A DNA stretch of 64,000 nt. Source: Veleropilina oligotropha. Lineage: Eukaryota. The stretch covers positions 744,001-808,000 of the forward strand of contig JBEUKZ010000112.1 in NCBI GenBank assembly GCA_048128005.1, in the 5' to 3' direction. Positions 63,700-64,000 of this stretch are shown here, one piece after another; positions within the stretch are counted from its first letter, which is position 1, and every line of letters starts with the position of its first letter. The position numbers were made by a program, and so were the translations under genes. Below the pieces are notes generated by a model. It was given only the letters and a program-made list of their open reading frames with translations, searched no databases and had not been told where the DNA came from.

Positions 63700-64000
63700 T
63701 TATTTATTACTCACGATATTTATGTTGAAATACTTGTTTTATTATCGTATTTCTGCATATAAATCCGAATATTGTCGCCAACAACATTTGCGTAGGAATT
63801 GCCTCTTCACAGATGTGATAAAATCCTTGCGCATTAATATAGGTCGTTCTTATAGCCTAACAACGTTAAAAATAACAAAACGTCTTGTAACAATCAATAA
63901 GATATTTAATTAAATAATTGTAAATGGCTATTATTATTTATATTTATATACAGAGATTTCAAAATAGCGTCAAATTTCCATATTGCATCACGTGTTCCTA

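Overview
AT-rich eukaryotic (animal-like, probably invertebrate) genomic DNA made mostly of mobile elements. The main content is two apparently intact, oppositely oriented copies of a GC-rich ~15.5-15.9 kb endogenous Polinton/PLV-type dsDNA virus (A 6515-22032, B 42813-58736). Each has ~290-310 bp TIRs starting AGCAGCAG and its own 5-bp TSD. Each encodes an rve integrase, an A32-type packaging ATPase, major and minor capsid proteins, about 7 membrane proteins and a secreted Cys-rich protein. Each also encodes one ~1300-aa replication protein that appears to fuse a terminal-protein-like region, an OTU-like Cys protease, a divergent family B polymerase with no recognisable exonuclease motifs, an SF1 helicase and an HNH nuclease. 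No adenain maturation protease gene is visible. The window also holds a degenerate Ngaro/DIRS tyrosine-recombinase retroelement with an SGNH hydrolase ORF, a full-length Gypsy LTR element, a CR1/Crack-like LINE, SINEs and several non-autonomous TIR elements. One two-exon host GT92-family glycosyltransferase gene has a 27-kb intron containing a four-level nested insertion that includes virus copy B. All calls come from reading motifs by eye; no database search was run.
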